Shown: positions 9,455-18,543 of the stretch, piece after piece | How the letters are laid out: each line of letters starts with the position of its first letter | Position numbering within the stretch: the first letter of the stretch is position 1 | IMG/VR virus record: IMGVR_UViG_3300042997_000183 | Coordinates: 64,001-91,971 of that record | DNA length: 27,971 nt | Strand: one strand, 5' to 3' | DNA from: a virus | Taxonomy: Duplodnaviria; Heunggongvirae; Uroviricota; Caudoviricetes | Notes under the pieces: generated by a model | The model's input: only the letters and a program-made list of their open reading frames with translations | Told to the model about the DNA's origin: nothing | The model's database searches: none | Translations under genes and position numbers: made by a program

Positions 9455-9484
9455 ATTGAAAATAAACTATATTTGTTACCTTTG
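9455..9484 (+). promoter_or_regulatory. Bacteroidota-type housekeeping sigma promoter (-33 TTG / -7 TAnnTTTG) for the tail-fibre operon
   Basis: TTG at 9456-9458, an 18-bp spacer, TACCTTTG at 9477-9484. A second -7 box, TATATTTG, is at 9468-9475. Located in the 138-bp intergenic gap. Confidence 0.7.
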
Positions 9485-9520
9485 CGAATGTGTTTCATGC
9501 ACATTCGCTTTGTTATATTT
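9484..9520 (+). terminator. Intrinsic terminator-like hairpin
   Basis: Perfect 9-bp stem GCGAATGTG (9484-9492) / CACATTCGC (9500-9508), 7-nt loop, followed by TTTGTTATATTT. Confidence 0.75.
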
Positions 9521-9544
9521 ACAACACACTTCTAATCTATTAAT

Positions 9545-12500
9545 ATGGACATTACTTGTTCAGCTGAACCGTGCCCTATTGTATTAAGTGCTACCTGCGT
9601 ATTCTACGAAGGTAATAACTTAATATATACAGGCATTAACAATAATGACAACCTTGAGATTGCTCTACAGAAAATAGATCAAAAGTTCCAAGATGCTGGT
9701 TTAGGTTATATATTTTCAAATGGTATTGAGCAACTAACTCCTGGTGGTGCAGTTATGTTGGGTGGAGCGTTGAATAAGAACACTACAATTGGTGGTTTAT
9801 ACAATCTTGCTTTTGCTGGTACATTAGAAGCTTCTGCCCTTGTTACAACAGGTGGTGCATCATCACAATTTGTAAAGGGTGATGGTAGCTTAGATTCAAC
9901 TAGCTATCAACCTTCAGGTAATTATATTTCAAATTTAACAGGTGATGTAACAGCTAACGGACCAGGTTCTGTAACTGCTACACTAGCAACAGTATTTGGT
10001 GCACCTGGAACATACGGTAATTCAGGAAATGTTCCTAGTATTACAGTGGATGGTAAGGGTAGGATTACAAACGTAACACCTATACCAATCAACTATCCAG
10101 CTCAATCATTAAGTTTTGTAGGGGATGTAGATGGATTTGGTTTCACTGGATCTCCAGTTACACTAACATTAGATACAGTTAATACAGACATTTATGGAAG
10201 TAACAACTTCCTTAAGTTTGCTGTAAACGGTAAAGGACTTATAACATCAGCCACTCCAGTGAGCGGTGGTGATATCACTACAACTCTAGGATATGTACCT
10301 GTAGATGATGCTATTGAATTGACAATCAATGGTATTGCTCATGATTTAACAGCCAATAGAAGTTGGTCTGTAGGTACAGTTACAAGCGTAGGTGTTACTG
10401 CTGGTTTAGGTATTTCTGCTTCTGTAAGCAATCCTAACACTATTCCAGTTATAAATATAGTTAACACTGCTCCTGACCAAACTGTAAATTTAAATGCTGG
10501 TTATGGTATCAGTATATCTGGATCATATCCAAACTTTACAATTACTAACGATTACCCAGATCTTCCAGAAAAGGTAACAAGCTTTAGTTCTGGTAACTTA
10601 GTTCCGTTATTCACTACATCTGTAGCAACTCCTACAACAACCCCTGCTTTAAGTTTTGCATTAGCTAATGCAGCAGCTAACACAGTGTTTGCTGGTCCTG
10701 ATGGTGGAGCAGGGGCTCCTACATACAGAGCTCTAGTGGCTGCAGACATTCCTTCTCTATCATACATTTCTAATATATCTGTATCTGCTCCTCTTGCTTC
10801 TACAGGAGGACTCACTCCTACAATATCTATTAGTCAAGCTAATGCATCTACAGATGGTTACTTGTCTAGTGCAGATTGGAATACATTTAATAATAAAGAA
10901 GATGCTTTAGGATATACACCTGTTCCAGACACTAGACAATTAGGTATCAATGGTGTAAACTATGATCTTACAGCTGACAGATGTTGGTCTGTAGGAACTG
11001 TTACAAGTATTACAGCTTCTGCACCTTTAACAGGTGGTACAATCACTGGCAGTGGTTCAGTTGGTATTACACAAGCAGGTGCTGGTAGTGATGGTTATTT
11101 AAGTTCAACTGACTGGAATACGTTTAATGGTAAACAACCAGCAGGTAATTATATTACAGCTCTCACTGGTGATGCTACAGCTTCAGGTCCTGGATCTGCA
11201 GGCTTAACACTCGCTACAGTGAATGCTGCAACAGGTACATTTGGTAGCTCTACACAAGTTCCTGTAATAACAGTTAATAATAAAGGGTTAGTAACCTGTG
11301 TTACTACAAGTAATATATCTGGATCATTAGAATTTATTGGTGATGTAACAGGAACAGGTTCTACAGGAACTTGTACTAGTCTTACATTAGCTACAGTTAA
11401 TACTGATGTACATACATCTGAGACTTTATTAAACATTGCTGTAAATGGTAAGGGTTTAATTACAAGTGCAAACCCTACAACTGCTGGAGATATTTGTTCT
11501 ACATTAGGATATACTCCTGAGAATGTAGCAAACAAATCTACAGCTACAGCTCTAGGAACATCTAACACCCTCTATCCTACACAACTAGCTGTTAAGACTT
11601 ACGTTGACAGTGCAACAGCTGGTGGTATTATATTACAAGGTGATTGGAACGCAGCTACTAACACTCCTAACATATCTGGAACAACCACAACAGGTTGGGC
11701 TTGGAGAGTTTCTGTACAGGGAACAACAAACCTTGGTGGTATTAATGATTGGCATGTTGGTGACTTAGCAGTTAAGTCTGCTACAGGATGGGTTAAAATA
11801 GATAACACTGAAAACGTAACTAGCGTATTTGGTAGATTTGGTACTGTTATAGCCACCACTGGTGACTATTTAACTTGTCAAGTTACTGAGTGTGGTAATT
11901 TATATTATACAGATGCAAGGGTGAGAGTTGCTGTAGGTCATACAGCCCCTTTAACATATTGTTCTACCACTGGTGTATTTGGTATTACACAATCCAACAC
12001 TACAACAGATGGTTATCTAAGTGCTACAGATTGGACTACATTCAATGATAAGCAACCACTGATTGCTGCTGGTACAATAAGTCAATATTACAGAGGGGAT
12101 AAAACTTTCCAAACATTAGATACATCCGTTGTTACAGAGGGTACTAATCTCTACTTCACTGATAGTAGAGCTAGAAGTGCAATTTGTGCAAGCTCTGGTG
12201 TTGCATATAACCCAACTACAGGACTAATAACAAACTCTTGTCCTGATCAAATAGTTGCTTTAACAGGAGGTGGTACAACCTCTATTACAGGAACCTATCC
12301 TAACTTTTGCATTACATCTTCTGATAGTTTCACAGGAACAGTGACATGTGTTGCTGTAAGTGGTACAAACATTGGTGTAACTGGAAGCCCTATTACATCA
12401 TCTGGCACTATTGGATTATCACTTAGTGGTGCTAATGTATGTGGTGCTTTAGGATTTAGTCCTTACAACTCTACAAACCCTGCAGGTTATACAACTTGTA

Positions 12501-15500
12501 CAGGAACTGTAACAAACGTTGCAACATCTACATCTACTACTGGTGTGCTTCTATCTGGTAGTCCTATTACATCAAGTGGTACACTTGGTATTAATATCTC
12601 CACTGCTTCAACAGTATGCACAGGTTTACTTACAGCTGCTGATTGGAACACATTTAATAGTCACACTAGCTGTAGCGGTACAGTAACTAGTGTAGGTCTT
12701 ATATCTTCAACTGCTGGTATATCAATAGGAAGTACTCCTATTACAACATCAGGAAACATATCATTAAACATTGCCACCGCTTCATCAATCTGTACAGGAT
12801 TGTTAAGCTCTTCAGACTGGAACAGCTTTAATAGCAGAACCAGCTGTACAGGTACTGTTACTTCTGTAAATGCTACAGGAACTAACATCTCTGTAACAGG
12901 TGGTCCAATCACAACATCTGGTAGCCTAGCTATTTCCTTATCTGGAGCAAATGTTTGCTCAGCATTAGGATATACACCTTACAATGCAACCAATCCAAAC
13001 GGTTACACAACATGTATAGGTACAGTTACCTCTGTAGGAGTGGTAGCTACAAACATAAACGTTTGTAATTCTCCTGTAACAACAAGTGGTAACATATGTT
13101 TAAACTTAACAGCTGCTAACGTATGTTCAGCTCTAGGATTTAGTCCTGCTCCATCTTCTGCATTGAGTTCATATTTACCACTTGCTGGTGGTACTATGAC
13201 TGGAAGTATTGCTATGGGTGGGAATAACATCACAGGTTTAAATAATATAACATATTCTGGATCAAATACATACACTGGAAGTGCTAGTGGTCAAGCATTA
13301 AACTTAGCTACAAATGATGGATATGCTTCAATGCGTGTTATTAGAAATAACATGGCTAGTTCACCATTCAATGATGGTATGTACATTGGATATCAAAATG
13401 CTAGTAGTGGTATAACTAGAATATTTGGTGGTGGTTCAACAGGAGGCGGTATTGCAGTAAATGGAGGTGGTGTTAATGATGTAACAATTGCAGGGAATAT
13501 TGCACTAAATGCAGGTAACTACAACTCCTACTCTCCAACATTAACAGGTGGCGGAGCTAGTGGTACGTGGAGTATTACTGCAACAGGTAACGTAGCTTCA
13601 AGAGGTCAATCAAACTGGAATGATGCTACAGTTATAAATAACGTAGTGGGGATGTTAGCATGGAAAAACTATGGCAATGCACACGTTATTTTTGATGCTT
13701 CTCAAGGAACTTCTCCAAGTGGTGGTGGTGTAAGTCAAACTAATGCTACATATGCTTGGGCTGCTTCTTATCCTACATTAATGGGTTGGAATGGCGGTAA
13801 TACATATGGGGTAAGAGTAGATAGTGCTAGAGTAGCTGATAATACTTCTGGCAACTCTGCTACAACATCACAGAGAGATTTTAGTGGAGATATATCCACT
13901 AGCGGTATGGGTCGTTTTACAGGTTGGTATACTGGAAATGCAGCTACAGGTTTAGCAGCTGAAATAGGTATATCAGCAGGACAAGCTTACATTATAGCAT
14001 ATAACAGACAGACAAGCACTTATGGGACTTTAAACCTAGAATCATCAGCCGCCACCTTACGTCTTAGTGGTTCAACAGTTAATGTCATAAGTGGTGCTTT
14101 ACAACAAGGAGGTAATCAAGTTCTTCATGCAGGTAACTTTAACTCTTACTCACCTACACTAACAGGTGGAGGAGCAAGTGGAACATGGGGAATTAACATT
14201 ACAGGTAATTCTGTCACCGTTGGAGGATATGGTGTATCTACAGGTGCTTCTGCTAATACAGTTGTTGTTAGAGATAGTAACGCTTATACCTTCCTTAACT
14301 ATATTAATAGTAATACTTCTAATTTTGAAAATCCAACTGTTTCACAAGTTATTGTAACAAATGGAACTGATAACTACTATCGTAAAGCAGGTATAGATCA
14401 TCTTACAACTGCTGTAAGGAGTAGTGCATCTGGTACTTGGGGGATTAATATTACAGGTTCCGCAGGAAGTGCAGGTTCTGCAAGCACTGCAAGTTTAGTA
14501 AATGGTACATCAGGTGGTGCTATTCAGACTTGGGATGTAAGAACTATCTCTCCTTCAACTATGACATCCTATAGAATGGGATTTGGTTTTACATCGTGGG
14601 CTAATAATAATAGTGCTCCATACGCTGACTACTTACATCTTCGTTCATATGGTGATGGGTCAGGAGGAAGTGATAATCTTGTGACATTCCTTAAGAGTGG
14701 ATTTGGAATGAGAATCTGGCAGCAGTCATTTGGCTCTTCTTCTCCATATTCTTCTTATGTAGATGTATTACATTCTAGCAACTATAGCTCATATGCTCTA
14801 CCTCTTTCTGGTGGCGAACTTAGTGGTCCTTTATATGTAGGAACTACAGGTTCAGGTGTGTATACAACACATTGGAAAGATGGAGGAGGCAGTTATCAAG
14901 AAGCTGTTGGTAATAGTACATCCACAAGGAAGTTAAGACTGCAATCTTTTAATGGTTCATCATCATATGCTCAGTGGTATATGGATGGTGGTAATATGCA
15001 AATATATGGGGATGTTGCTGGTGTTAGAAATTTCCTTATAGATAGTACTACTGCTTATTTACGTTGGGGTGGTGGTGATAGGTTATGGGGTGGTAGTGAT
15101 GGTACAAGAAACTCTGGTTGGGCATATCATCAAGATACTAGTACAGGATTACATTGGCCTGGTAATGGATGGCATTTAATGCCAGCAAGTAACTCTGATT
15201 TTAGAATATATTCAGGTAATAGTTCAAATACTGCTTTAAGATTTGAAACTGCTGGAACTACTCGTGGGTATGTATATGCTGAAAATGATAATACTATTGG
15301 ATTTTTAACTAATGGAAGAAGTTGGGCTTTTAGAACATATTCTAATGGTAATGCTCAAGTATATGGTTATTTAACTGTAAATGGAGCAGGTACATCAAGC
15401 TCCATATACATGAATGATACTGATGAAGGTCAACGTGAAATACATTGTAATTCAAACCGTATTGGTTTCTTAACTCAAGCTGGAGCATGGGGTGCTTGGT

Positions 15501-16171
15501 CTAATGATAATGGTAGCTGGGAATCTGTTTCTTCCGTTACTACTAATGATTGGTTTTATGTAAATGGAGGTGGAGGATTATATTGGAGTTCTTATGGTAG
15601 AGGACTTCGTTCTCCAGATGCAGAAGGTAATCCTTATGGTAATGTTAATACCTATGGTTCTGGAAGAAACGGTTGGTTGGGTTATGGTGTTGGAACACAA
15701 TTTGCATTTATGGGTAGAGAGTCTACCGATATAGGTGTGCATGATTTAGGATATGGGTGGATATTTTATTCTCCATACGCTACTGGTAGAATGGGTATAG
15801 GTACATCTACCACTTCTTCTTCATATAGATTATATGTTGAGGGCGGTATTTATGCAACTGGCGATGTGGTTGCTTATTCTGACCGTAGAAAAAAGACAAA
15901 TGTTGAAACTATAGAAAACGCTCTTCAGAAAGTTACAAGTCTTCGTGGTGTATTTTACAATAAGATTGGTGAAGAAAATAAAGGTAGACAACTTGGAGTT
16001 ATTGCACAAGAAGTAGATGAAGTGTTACCAGAAGCTGTAAATTATGCAGCAGATGTAGATGAGTATGGTGTTAAATATGGTAATATGGTAGGTGTACTTA
16101 TTGAAGCTATCAAAGAACAGCAGAAACAAATTGAAGACCTTAAATCTATAATCGATGGCCTTACCAGTTAG
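9545..16171 (+). CDS. Giant tail fibre (2208 aa) with C-terminal peptidase S74 intramolecular chaperone
   Basis: Gly/Ser/Thr-rich repeats (GTVTSV, DGYLSSxDWNTFN, ALGYTPYNxTNPxGY, YLPLAGGTMTG). The C-terminus YSDRRKKTNVETIENALQKV..LRGV..LGVIAQEVDEVLPEAV..VKYGNMVGVLIEAIKEQQ matches the S74 chaperone pattern. Confidence 0.93.
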   Translation: MDITCSAEPCPIVLSATCVFYEGNNLIYTGINNNDNLEIALQKIDQKFQDAGLGYIFSNGIEQLTPGGAVMLGGALNKNTTIGGLYNLAFAGTLEASALVTTGGASSQFVKGDGSLDSTSYQPSGNYISNLTGDVTANGPGSVTATLATVFGAPGTYGNSGNVPSITVDGKGRITNVTPIPINYPAQSLSFVGDVDGFGFTGSPVTLTLDTVNTDIYGSNNFLKFAVNGKGLITSATPVSGGDITTTLGYVPVDDAIELTINGIAHDLTANRSWSVGTVTSVGVTAGLGISASVSNPNTIPVINIVNTAPDQTVNLNAGYGISISGSYPNFTITNDYPDLPEKVTSFSSGNLVPLFTTSVATPTTTPALSFALANAAANTVFAGPDGGAGAPTYRALVAADIPSLSYISNISVSAPLASTGGLTPTISISQANASTDGYLSSADWNTFNNKEDALGYTPVPDTRQLGINGVNYDLTADRCWSVGTVTSITASAPLTGGTITGSGSVGITQAGAGSDGYLSSTDWNTFNGKQPAGNYITALTGDATASGPGSAGLTLATVNAATGTFGSSTQVPVITVNNKGLVTCVTTSNISGSLEFIGDVTGTGSTGTCTSLTLATVNTDVHTSETLLNIAVNGKGLITSANPTTAGDICSTLGYTPENVANKSTATALGTSNTLYPTQLAVKTYVDSATAGGIILQGDWNAATNTPNISGTTTTGWAWRVSVQGTTNLGGINDWHVGDLAVKSATGWVKIDNTENVTSVFGRFGTVIATTGDYLTCQVTECGNLYYTDARVRVAVGHTAPLTYCSTTGVFGITQSNTTTDGYLSATDWTTFNDKQPLIAAGTISQYYRGDKTFQTLDTSVVTEGTNLYFTDSRARSAICASSGVAYNPTTGLITNSCPDQIVALTGGGTTSITGTYPNFCITSSDSFTGTVTCVAVSGTNIGVTGSPITSSGTIGLSLSGANVCGALGFSPYNSTNPAGYTTCTGTVTNVATSTSTTGVLLSGSPITSSGTLGINISTASTVCTGLLTAADWNTFNSHTSCSGTVTSVGLISSTAGISIGSTPITTSGNISLNIATASSICTGLLSSSDWNSFNSRTSCTGTVTSVNATGTNISVTGGPITTSGSLAISLSGANVCSALGYTPYNATNPNGYTTCIGTVTSVGVVATNINVCNSPVTTSGNICLNLTAANVCSALGFSPAPSSALSSYLPLAGGTMTGSIAMGGNNITGLNNITYSGSNTYTGSASGQALNLATNDGYASMRVIRNNMASSPFNDGMYIGYQNASSGITRIFGGGSTGGGIAVNGGGVNDVTIAGNIALNAGNYNSYSPTLTGGGASGTWSITATGNVASRGQSNWNDATVINNVVGMLAWKNYGNAHVIFDASQGTSPSGGGVSQTNATYAWAASYPTLMGWNGGNTYGVRVDSARVADNTSGNSATTSQRDFSGDISTSGMGRFTGWYTGNAATGLAAEIGISAGQAYIIAYNRQTSTYGTLNLESSAATLRLSGSTVNVISGALQQGGNQVLHAGNFNSYSPTLTGGGASGTWGINITGNSVTVGGYGVSTGASANTVVVRDSNAYTFLNYINSNTSNFENPTVSQVIVTNGTDNYYRKAGIDHLTTAVRSSASGTWGINITGSAGSAGSASTASLVNGTSGGAIQTWDVRTISPSTMTSYRMGFGFTSWANNNSAPYADYLHLRSYGDGSGGSDNLVTFLKSGFGMRIWQQSFGSSSPYSSYVDVLHSSNYSSYALPLSGGELSGPLYVGTTGSGVYTTHWKDGGGSYQEAVGNSTSTRKLRLQSFNGSSSYAQWYMDGGNMQIYGDVAGVRNFLIDSTTAYLRWGGGDRLWGGSDGTRNSGWAYHQDTSTGLHWPGNGWHLMPASNSDFRIYSGNSSNTALRFETAGTTRGYVYAENDNTIGFLTNGRSWAFRTYSNGNAQVYGYLTVNGAGTSSSIYMNDTDEGQREIHCNSNRIGFLTQAGAWGAWSNDNGSWESVSSVTTNDWFYVNGGGGLYWSSYGRGLRSPDAEGNPYGNVNTYGSGRNGWLGYGVGTQFAFMGRESTDIGVHDLGYGWIFYSPYATGRMGIGTSTTSSSYRLYVEGGIYATGDVVAYSDRRKKTNVETIENALQKVTSLRGVFYNKIGEENKGRQLGVIAQEVDEVLPEAVNYAADVDEYGVKYGNMVGVLIEAIKEQQKQIEDLKSIIDGLTS

Positions 16172-16556
16172 TGGACCTTTAGGAATTGGAGCTATACGCA
16201 CAGAATTGGGAAGTGCTTCAGGTAGCTTAAGAACACTCAGCTCTTTGGCTGGGTTTAGTCCTCCTGATGCTATTAGTGAGTTCTATGGGTATAGTCCTCT
16301 TCCACAATATTATAGTTATTATGTAGCAACTGCTATCTGCTATGATAATGTTTGTTATGAATCATCATACAGTCCTCCTGATGGTTTACTGTCATCAACT
16401 AGTCCGTTAGATATTGGCAGATACTATCCTGATGCTAGTGGATATGTATTTTTAGTAACAGGATACTATGGATACGGAACTATCTATGGACAAATTTTTA
16501 ATCAAATAGGACCTAGTAGTCCAGTATGTGACTACGTGTGTCAAGCAATAGGTTAA
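16155..16556 (+). CDS. Small tail-fibre-associated protein
   Basis: Overlaps the fibre stop codon by 17 bp. The N-terminus MALPVSGPLGIGAIRTELG...SLRTLSSLAG...DAISEFYGYS resembles proteins commonly encoded right after S74-containing fibres. Tyr/Cys-rich C-terminus. Confidence 0.7.
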   Translation: MALPVSGPLGIGAIRTELGSASGSLRTLSSLAGFSPPDAISEFYGYSPLPQYYSYYVATAICYDNVCYESSYSPPDGLLSSTSPLDIGRYYPDASGYVFLVTGYYGYGTIYGQIFNQIGPSSPVCDYVCQAIG

Positions 16557-16561
16557 TTTAT

Positions 16562-16786
16562 ATGATAAAATATTATAAGGTGGAAGAAATCTACCATTCA
16601 AAATTAAACACAGAAACATTTGAGTATGAAGTTCTTGCTACAAAGCTTGGTAGAGTGTTGTATAAAAAAGGTATTGAGGATTCAGCTTTTGTAAAATTAT
16701 GTTTAGAAAGTAATGACCATCAAAGAACTGAAATAACAGAAGAAGAGTTTCTAGTAGCAAAAGAAGAATTTAAAAATAAAATTTAA
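16562..16786 (+). CDS. Hypothetical protein (74 aa)
   Basis: ATG at 16562, 5 bp after the upstream stop, is preferred over the overlapping GTG at 16538. Fits operon packing. Confidence 0.7.
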   Translation: MIKYYKVEEIYHSKLNTETFEYEVLATKLGRVLYKKGIEDSAFVKLCLESNDHQRTEITEEEFLVAKEEFKNKI

Positions 16787-16798
16787 AACCCTAATATA

Positions 16799-17131
16799 AT
16801 GGCAAAAACAATTCAACCAGTTACTTCTTGGCAAAATGGCGAAGAGAAACAAGCAACAGTGTTTGTGTTAACATCTAACTATGATAACTTATCAACAAAT
16901 GCTAACTTTCAATATCAATTAAATGAGGTTGTAACAACCCCAACACCTCCAACACCTGGACCTATGTATCCTATGTTTAACACATTGGTAAATAGTTCAT
17001 TAAGTATTTCAGGACAAGACTACCTAGATTGGGATGCTGCTACAGATGCTAATGAATGGGCATACAATTGGGCAGCAGCACAACTTAAGTTGACTATTAC
17101 AGGTGAATATGTTCCACCTACAACCTCTTAA
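16799..17131 (+). CDS. Hypothetical tail-associated protein
   Basis: Tightly packed ORF with a Trp/Tyr-rich C-terminus (QDYLDWD...NEWAYNWAA) and a Pro/Thr insert; located in the fibre operon. Confidence 0.7.
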   Translation: MAKTIQPVTSWQNGEEKQATVFVLTSNYDNLSTNANFQYQLNEVVTTPTPPTPGPMYPMFNTLVNSSLSISGQDYLDWDAATDANEWAYNWAAAQLKLTITGEYVPPTTS

Positions 17132-17146
17132 TTCACATAACAAAAA

Positions 17147-17178
17147 TTTGGTAGTTTAAAAGAATTACCATATATTTG
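17147..17178 (+). promoter_or_regulatory. Bacteroidota-type promoter TTTG-N20-TATATTTG
   Basis: TTTG at 17147-17150, a 20-bp spacer, TATATTTG at 17171-17178; 20 bp upstream of the ATG at 17199. Exact fit to the Bacteroides consensus. Confidence 0.85.
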
Positions 17179-17198
17179 CCGCTAAAACAACCAACTTT

Positions 17199-17585
17199 AT
17201 GAAGTATTCAGATTTAAAATTGCTAAGCAGCATCTTACAGTCAGTCATTACTAATGAGGAAACTAAGGTGCAGAAGAAGCTTATTAAGATCTATGACAAG
17301 TTAAAACCTAGTCTTCAAGAGTATCAAGACAAGGCTAATGAGCTAAGGATTGATAATGCATCTGTAGATGAGAAGGACATTCTCTTACTAGATGAAAAAG
17401 GTAACTACAGATTCAGCAAACAGAATATTAAAATCTTGAACAAGCAATTACAAGAGCTTGATAATCAAGAGGTTGTGTTTGAAAAGATTGCTATTACTAA
17501 CCCACAAGGATTAGAGCAATTTTTATTCTTAAAGGACTGGGTAACTGGTGTTCCTTTTCAAGAAGAAGTAGACGAAGAGTTATAA
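17199..17585 (+). CDS. Hypothetical helical protein (possibly DUF1617-like)
   Basis: Charged, helical 128-aa ORF with a NASVDEKDILLLDEKGNY segment, reminiscent of phage tail-region proteins. The family call is tentative. Confidence 0.65.
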   Translation: MKYSDLKLLSSILQSVITNEETKVQKKLIKIYDKLKPSLQEYQDKANELRIDNASVDEKDILLLDEKGNYRFSKQNIKILNKQLQELDNQEVVFEKIAITNPQGLEQFLFLKDWVTGVPFQEEVDEEL

Positions 17586-17587
17586 TT

Positions 17588-18463
17588 ATGAACATCATTT
17601 TCCAGATTAATGGAGGTATTGGTAAATGCATCCTTGCTACATCTATTTGTGAGGTGTTACATAACCAATATCCTGATGATCAACTGATTGTAGTTAGTGG
17701 TTTTCCTGAGGTGTTTATGAACAATCCTTATGTTCATAGATCATTTGCCTTTGGTCAAACCGCTTATTTCTATCAGGATTATATAGAGAATAAGGACTTC
17801 ATTGTGCTTGCACATGATCCTTATGTAGATACAAACTATGTTAGACAGGATGAACATCTTAGCTATACATGGACTAGAATATTTGGTTTACCTGTTCCTG
17901 ATAGTGTAAACCCACAAATATACTTAACAGATAGAGAGCGTCAGTTCTTTAGTGCTAAGTTTGCATCTGACAAACCTATTTTGTTATTACAGACAAATGG
18001 TGGTGGACCTCAGCAAGAACAGAAATACTCATGGGCTAGAGACATTCCAGCTAATATTGTATCAAGTGTTATAGAGGAGTTTGTAAAAGACTACAATGTT
18101 GTCCATGTAAGAAGAGAAGATCAAACAGCTTTTGCTGGGACAATACCTATAACAGATAACTTTAGAGCTTTGGCTGTATTAATAGAGCTAAGCGAAAAGA
18201 GATTACTAATGGACAGCTTTGTACAACACGCAGCAGCTGGACTCAATAAACCTTCTACAGTGTTATGGATAGCTAACACTCCTACAGTGTTTGGTTATGA
18301 TATACATGATAACATCCTAGCTAATCCACACACAAAGAAACCAGAACTTCGTAGTGCATACTTCCAGAAGTTTGACATAGTAGGAAACCTATTAGAGTTT
18401 CCTTACAACAGTGAAGATGAAATCTTTAACGTTGACAAGATAATTGCTTCTCTGAAAGCATAG
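17588..18463 (+). CDS. GT-B fold glycosyltransferase, GT9 (heptosyltransferase)-like
   Basis: N-terminal GGIGKCILATSICEVLHNQYP...NNPYV; middle KPILLLQTNGG...WARD; C-terminal LAVLIELSEKRLLMDSFVQHAAAGLNKPSTVLW...FGY. These follow the GT9 pattern (D/S.P.HLA.AL..P). Confidence 0.8.
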   Translation: MNIIFQINGGIGKCILATSICEVLHNQYPDDQLIVVSGFPEVFMNNPYVHRSFAFGQTAYFYQDYIENKDFIVLAHDPYVDTNYVRQDEHLSYTWTRIFGLPVPDSVNPQIYLTDRERQFFSAKFASDKPILLLQTNGGGPQQEQKYSWARDIPANIVSSVIEEFVKDYNVVHVRREDQTAFAGTIPITDNFRALAVLIELSEKRLLMDSFVQHAAAGLNKPSTVLWIANTPTVFGYDIHDNILANPHTKKPELRSAYFQKFDIVGNLLEFPYNSEDEIFNVDKIIASLKA

Positions 18464-18488
18464 AAATAAAACTCCAATTTTAAAACTA

Positions 18489-18526
18489 AATAGCATGTTT
18501 TCCTTATAAGGGAAGAGCATGCTATT
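18489..18526. terminator. Intergenic hairpin ahead of the lysis cassette
   Basis: AATAGCATG (18489-18497) pairs with CATGCTATT (18518-18526) and extends inward with G-U pairs and one bulge. No U-run follows on +; TTTAGTTTT follows on the - strand. Confidence 0.5.
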
Positions 18527-18543
18527 GTCATTTGTGAAACAAA

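Noticed and set aside
14166-14357. 63-aa + strand ORF inside the tail fibre
   Set aside because: Out-of-frame overlap with a hydrophobic, Leu/Ile-rich translation typical of an off-frame read.
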